Part shown: positions 61,173 to 64,000 of the stretch, one piece after another
Numbering within the stretch: position 1 is the stretch's first letter
How the letters are laid out: each line of letters starts with the position of its first letter
DNA from: Candidatus Curtissbacteria bacterium
Lineage (GTDB): Bacteria > Patescibacteriota > Microgenomatia > Curtissbacterales > GWA2-41-24
Assembly: GCA_016183325.1 (NCBI GenBank)
Contig: JACPEV010000003.1
Location: forward strand, 18,000 to 81,999
Direction of reading: 5' to 3'
Length of the DNA stretch: 64,000 nucleotides
The notes under the pieces: generated by a model
What the model saw: the letters and a program-made list of their open reading frames with translations, nothing else
Databases searched by the model: none
Told to the model about the DNA's origin: nothing
Made by a program: the position numbers and the translations under genes

Positions 61173-63506
61173 ATGGCTTTTTTGCAAAAAATTGCCACTT
61201 TGATTTTTTCGGCGGTTATTGGTTTTTTGACCTGGTTTATCAGGTTAATCACTTTCATTGGTGACGTTTCCGTTTGGATTGTTAAAGCATTTTTGACAGG
61301 CTATGCTCGACTCTTAAAAAAACTAAATTGGGATGTGCGCAAAAAAGCACCGGTTCTGGCCAAAAAAGTTGAGAGACTTGTCCACCACCCTATCATTCAC
61401 GAAGAGAGAAGCTTTAAAGTTGGACTTTTGACAATTGCAGTCGTGATTTTTTCGATCTGGTATTTTACGCGCGATTTACCAAATCCTAAGTTGCTGGAGA
61501 CCAGACAAGTTGCCCAAACAACCAAGATTTTCGCCAGGAATGGCAAACTACTGTTCAATATCTATACAGACCAAAACCGGACGATTGTACCGCTGTCTGA
61601 GATTCCAGAAAATTTAAGGAAGGCCACTATTGCTATTGAGGACAAAGATTTTTACAGGCATCGGGGTTTTGACATTTTCGGCATTATCAGAGCTACCAGA
61701 AATACGCTATTTGAGGGCAACGTGCAAGGTGGTTCAACGATCACCCAGCAGCTTGTCAAAAGTGTTTTCCTTTCCCCTGAGCGAACTTTGTCCCGCAAAA
61801 TTAAAGAGCTGTACTTGGCCTTTAGGGTGGAAATGGCTTTTGCAAAAGATAGGATTTTGGAAATTTACTTAAATCAGGTGCCTTATGGCGGTACCGCGTG
61901 GGGCGTGTCTGCTGCGGCAGAACAGTATTTTGGCAAGAATGTGCATGATCTGACTTTGGGAGAAGCGGCATTTTTGGCTGGCTTGCCGGCAGCGCCCAGT
62001 TTCTATTCCCCATTCGGACAAGACCCTCAACGGTCGCGAGACAGGCAAAAACAAGTTTTGAGAAGAATGGTCGAGGACAGAATGATATCCAAAGAAGACG
62101 CAGAAAAAGCTGGTAAGGAAGAGTTAAAAATTAAACCTCAGATAAATGACATTCGTGCCCCCCATTTTGTAATGTTTGTACGGGAATACTTAGCCGAAAA
62201 GTACGGAGAAACGGTAGCGGCCCAAGGCGGTCTGAAGGTGACAACAACACTGGATCTTGATATTCAGGAGATGACCCAAAAACAAGTTGCTGAAAACGTG
62301 GAGAAAATTAAGAATTTGCGGGTTTCCAACGGAGCAGCGTTGGTAACCAAACCTGAAACCGGTGAGATTTTGGCGATGGTTGGTTCAAAAGACTTTTTTG
62401 ATCAATCGATCGATGGCAATGTCAACGTGACCATTGCACTTAGGCAACCAGGCTCATCGATAAAACCGATAAATTATGCGACTGCGCTATATCGCAGACT
62501 GATCACAGCGGCCACGGTTCTGATGGATGTGCCGACAACTTTTTCAGCCCAGCCTAAACCTTATAAACCGGTAAATTACGACGGCAAATTTCATGGACCG
62601 GTGCAAGTTAGATATGCACTGGCTAATTCTTACAATATTCCGGCGGTCAAGGTTTTGGCGATTAATGAGGTAGTTGAAATGATAAAAATGGCCAGGGAAA
62701 TGGGAATAACAACTTTTGAGGACGAGTCGCGCTACGGACTTTCTTTAACTTTGGGCGGTGGTGAGGTGAAAATGACTGAAATGGCGCAAGCTTTTGGAGT
62801 TTTTGCCAATGAAGGGACAAGGGTTTATTTGACATCAATATTAAAAGTTGAGGATCCAGATGGCAGAATCTTGGAAGAATTTAAGCCAAAGACCGGAAGG
62901 CGAGTTTTGCCGCCTGAGGTAACATTTCTGATTTCTTCGATACTTTCGGATAACGGCGCAAGATCGGCAGCTTTTGGATCTTCAAGTTTTCTTAACATCC
63001 CAGGAAAGACAGTGGCGGTTAAAACAGGAACAACTGATGATAAACGCGATAACTGGACGATTGGTTATACGCCAAGTTTTCTGGTTGTAACGTGGGTTGG
63101 CAATAATGATAATACGCCGATGCATCCTTATCTTTCCTCCGGAATTACAGGTGCGGCGCCAATTTGGAACGGGATCATGAAGGAAATTTTGAAAGATAAG
63201 GTGGATGAGAAATTTAAGATTCCTTCAGGGGTAAACGGTATTGAAATATGTTCTGTGACCGGCGGTAAGAAAGTTGACGGATGCCCGAGTCGTTTTGAAT
63301 ATTTTATCGCCGGCACGGAACCGAAAGAGGATACGTTCAAAAAAGCCAAGGTTTGGATAGATGTAACCACAGGTAAGATCGTCGAGGCGGGATCACCTAA
63401 CGCGGTAGAAAAAGAAGAAATTATTATTTCCGATCCTTATGAAAAGCGGCAATTTTGTGTAACCTGTCCGATTTCGACTGAACCTTCGCCGACACCGTCA
63501 CCGTGA
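61173..63506 (+). CDS. class A penicillin-binding protein (bifunctional glycosyltransferase/transpeptidase)
   Basis: GT51 motifs EDKDFYRHRGFD and GGSTITQQLVK. Transpeptidase SIKP (SxxK), SYN and KTGT motifs. 777 aa. Confidence 0.9.
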   Translation: MAFLQKIATLIFSAVIGFLTWFIRLITFIGDVSVWIVKAFLTGYARLLKKLNWDVRKKAPVLAKKVERLVHHPIIHEERSFKVGLLTIAVVIFSIWYFTRDLPNPKLLETRQVAQTTKIFARNGKLLFNIYTDQNRTIVPLSEIPENLRKATIAIEDKDFYRHRGFDIFGIIRATRNTLFEGNVQGGSTITQQLVKSVFLSPERTLSRKIKELYLAFRVEMAFAKDRILEIYLNQVPYGGTAWGVSAAAEQYFGKNVHDLTLGEAAFLAGLPAAPSFYSPFGQDPQRSRDRQKQVLRRMVEDRMISKEDAEKAGKEELKIKPQINDIRAPHFVMFVREYLAEKYGETVAAQGGLKVTTTLDLDIQEMTQKQVAENVEKIKNLRVSNGAALVTKPETGEILAMVGSKDFFDQSIDGNVNVTIALRQPGSSIKPINYATALYRRLITAATVLMDVPTTFSAQPKPYKPVNYDGKFHGPVQVRYALANSYNIPAVKVLAINEVVEMIKMAREMGITTFEDESRYGLSLTLGGGEVKMTEMAQAFGVFANEGTRVYLTSILKVEDPDGRILEEFKPKTGRRVLPPEVTFLISSILSDNGARSAAFGSSSFLNIPGKTVAVKTGTTDDKRDNWTIGYTPSFLVVTWVGNNDNTPMHPYLSSGITGAAPIWNGIMKEILKDKVDEKFKIPSGVNGIEICSVTGGKKVDGCPSRFEYFIAGTEPKEDTFKKAKVWIDVTTGKIVEAGSPNAVEKEEIIISDPYEKRQFCVTCPISTEPSPTPSP

Positions 63507-63576
63507 AGCATGAATTATGAAGTTAGAATTATGGGAGATTGTTCAATCCATAATTCATGATTCTTAATTCATAATT

Positions 63577-64000
63577 CTAGTCCAAAAACTGAAAGGTGGA
63601 GAGGATTTGGTCAAAAATTTTTGTATCTTCAAGTATTGCTTTAGAAGTAAACCCTATCATAAAAATTTTTTGATATTTAGGGATGTATACGTTTTGAAAA
63701 GGTACTGTTTCACCAAATCCTTCTGATGAAGTTTTTGCAGGATAAGATGTTTTAAAAGCGGAATATCCATCAACTTTTAAATTTGATTGAGTTGGGATTT
63801 CGATGTAACCATCAGGATTTCTCTCAATGAAATCCTTATACCATTCATTTGGCGGCAATTCTTTAGGATTATTCAAAACACCTGTACTAAGAGAAAAGTC
63901 CGACTGATAATCAAAAAAGATTATTGATTCTGCTACGTCTTCATTTATTAAATTTTCATCGCTTACATTGAAATTACCTGGATATTTGATTTGATAAGGG
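63577..64000 (-). CDS. secreted-protein family member (partial; continues beyond window end)
   Basis: C-terminus ...DQILSTFQFLD* is the family 3' motif. The frame stays open from 63577 to base 64000 (...YQIKYPGNFNVSDEN...). Confidence 0.5.
   Translation of the reverse strand, partial: PYQIKYPGNFNVSDENLINEDVAESIIFFDYQSDFSLSTGVLNNPKELPPNEWYKDFIERNPDGYIEIPTQSNLKVDGYSAFKTSYPAKTSSEGFGETVPFQNVYIPKYQKIFMIGFTSKAILEDTKIFDQILSTFQFLD

Overview
This 64 kb window reads as an AT-rich, gene-dense bacterial chromosome segment, probably from a small-genome CPR/Patescibacteria-type bacterium. Supporting this inference: IF-2 and HrcA are short, the envelope genes are Gram-positive-like (FemAB, LCP, class A PBP, MurJ), and there are many small secreted or membrane proteins of unknown function.

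The conserved backbone on the minus strand is nusA-infB-(hypothetical)-rpsO-pnp, followed by a Lon-like ATPase, ftsK and rodZ. A heat-shock operon hrcA-grpE-dnaK-dnaJ-like carries a CIRCE operator. Other housekeeping genes are lepA, murJ, rpsT, an LCP gene, tpiA, trxA, a pcrA/uvrD-like helicase, FemAB, two NUDIX hydrolases, rmuC and a class A PBP.

The accessory content is unusually rich:
- At least nine type II toxin-antitoxin pairs (VapBC/PIN, MazEF, and a Phd-HigB-HigA triplet).
- An IS1595-family insertion sequence with palindromic ends.
- Several families of miniature palindromic elements: AT-rich MITEs with ends TTATTGTTCGAGCG, and GC-rich palindromes. Many are inserted in-frame inside essential genes, in the manner of Rickettsia palindromic elements.
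- A large UvrD-like helicase with a Cas4-like C-terminal nuclease domain, interrupted by an intein.
- murJ bracketed by long inverted repeats.
- A roughly 6 kb cassette-array-like region (about 22.2-28.6 kb): five copies of a 28 bp perfect palindrome separate small minus-strand gene cassettes. These include an AAC(6')-Ie-like aminoglycoside acetyltransferase next to a 2H phosphoesterase, a GNAT+CYTH pair, toxin-antitoxin modules, a foreign GC-rich fragment replacing the middle of an aldo/keto reductase gene, and a chimeric lepA/nudix fragment.

Other points: an in-frame stop in an O-methyltransferase, a homopolymer frameshift in an MFS transporter, and two candidate structured RNAs. No rRNA, tRNA or CRISPR array was recognised.
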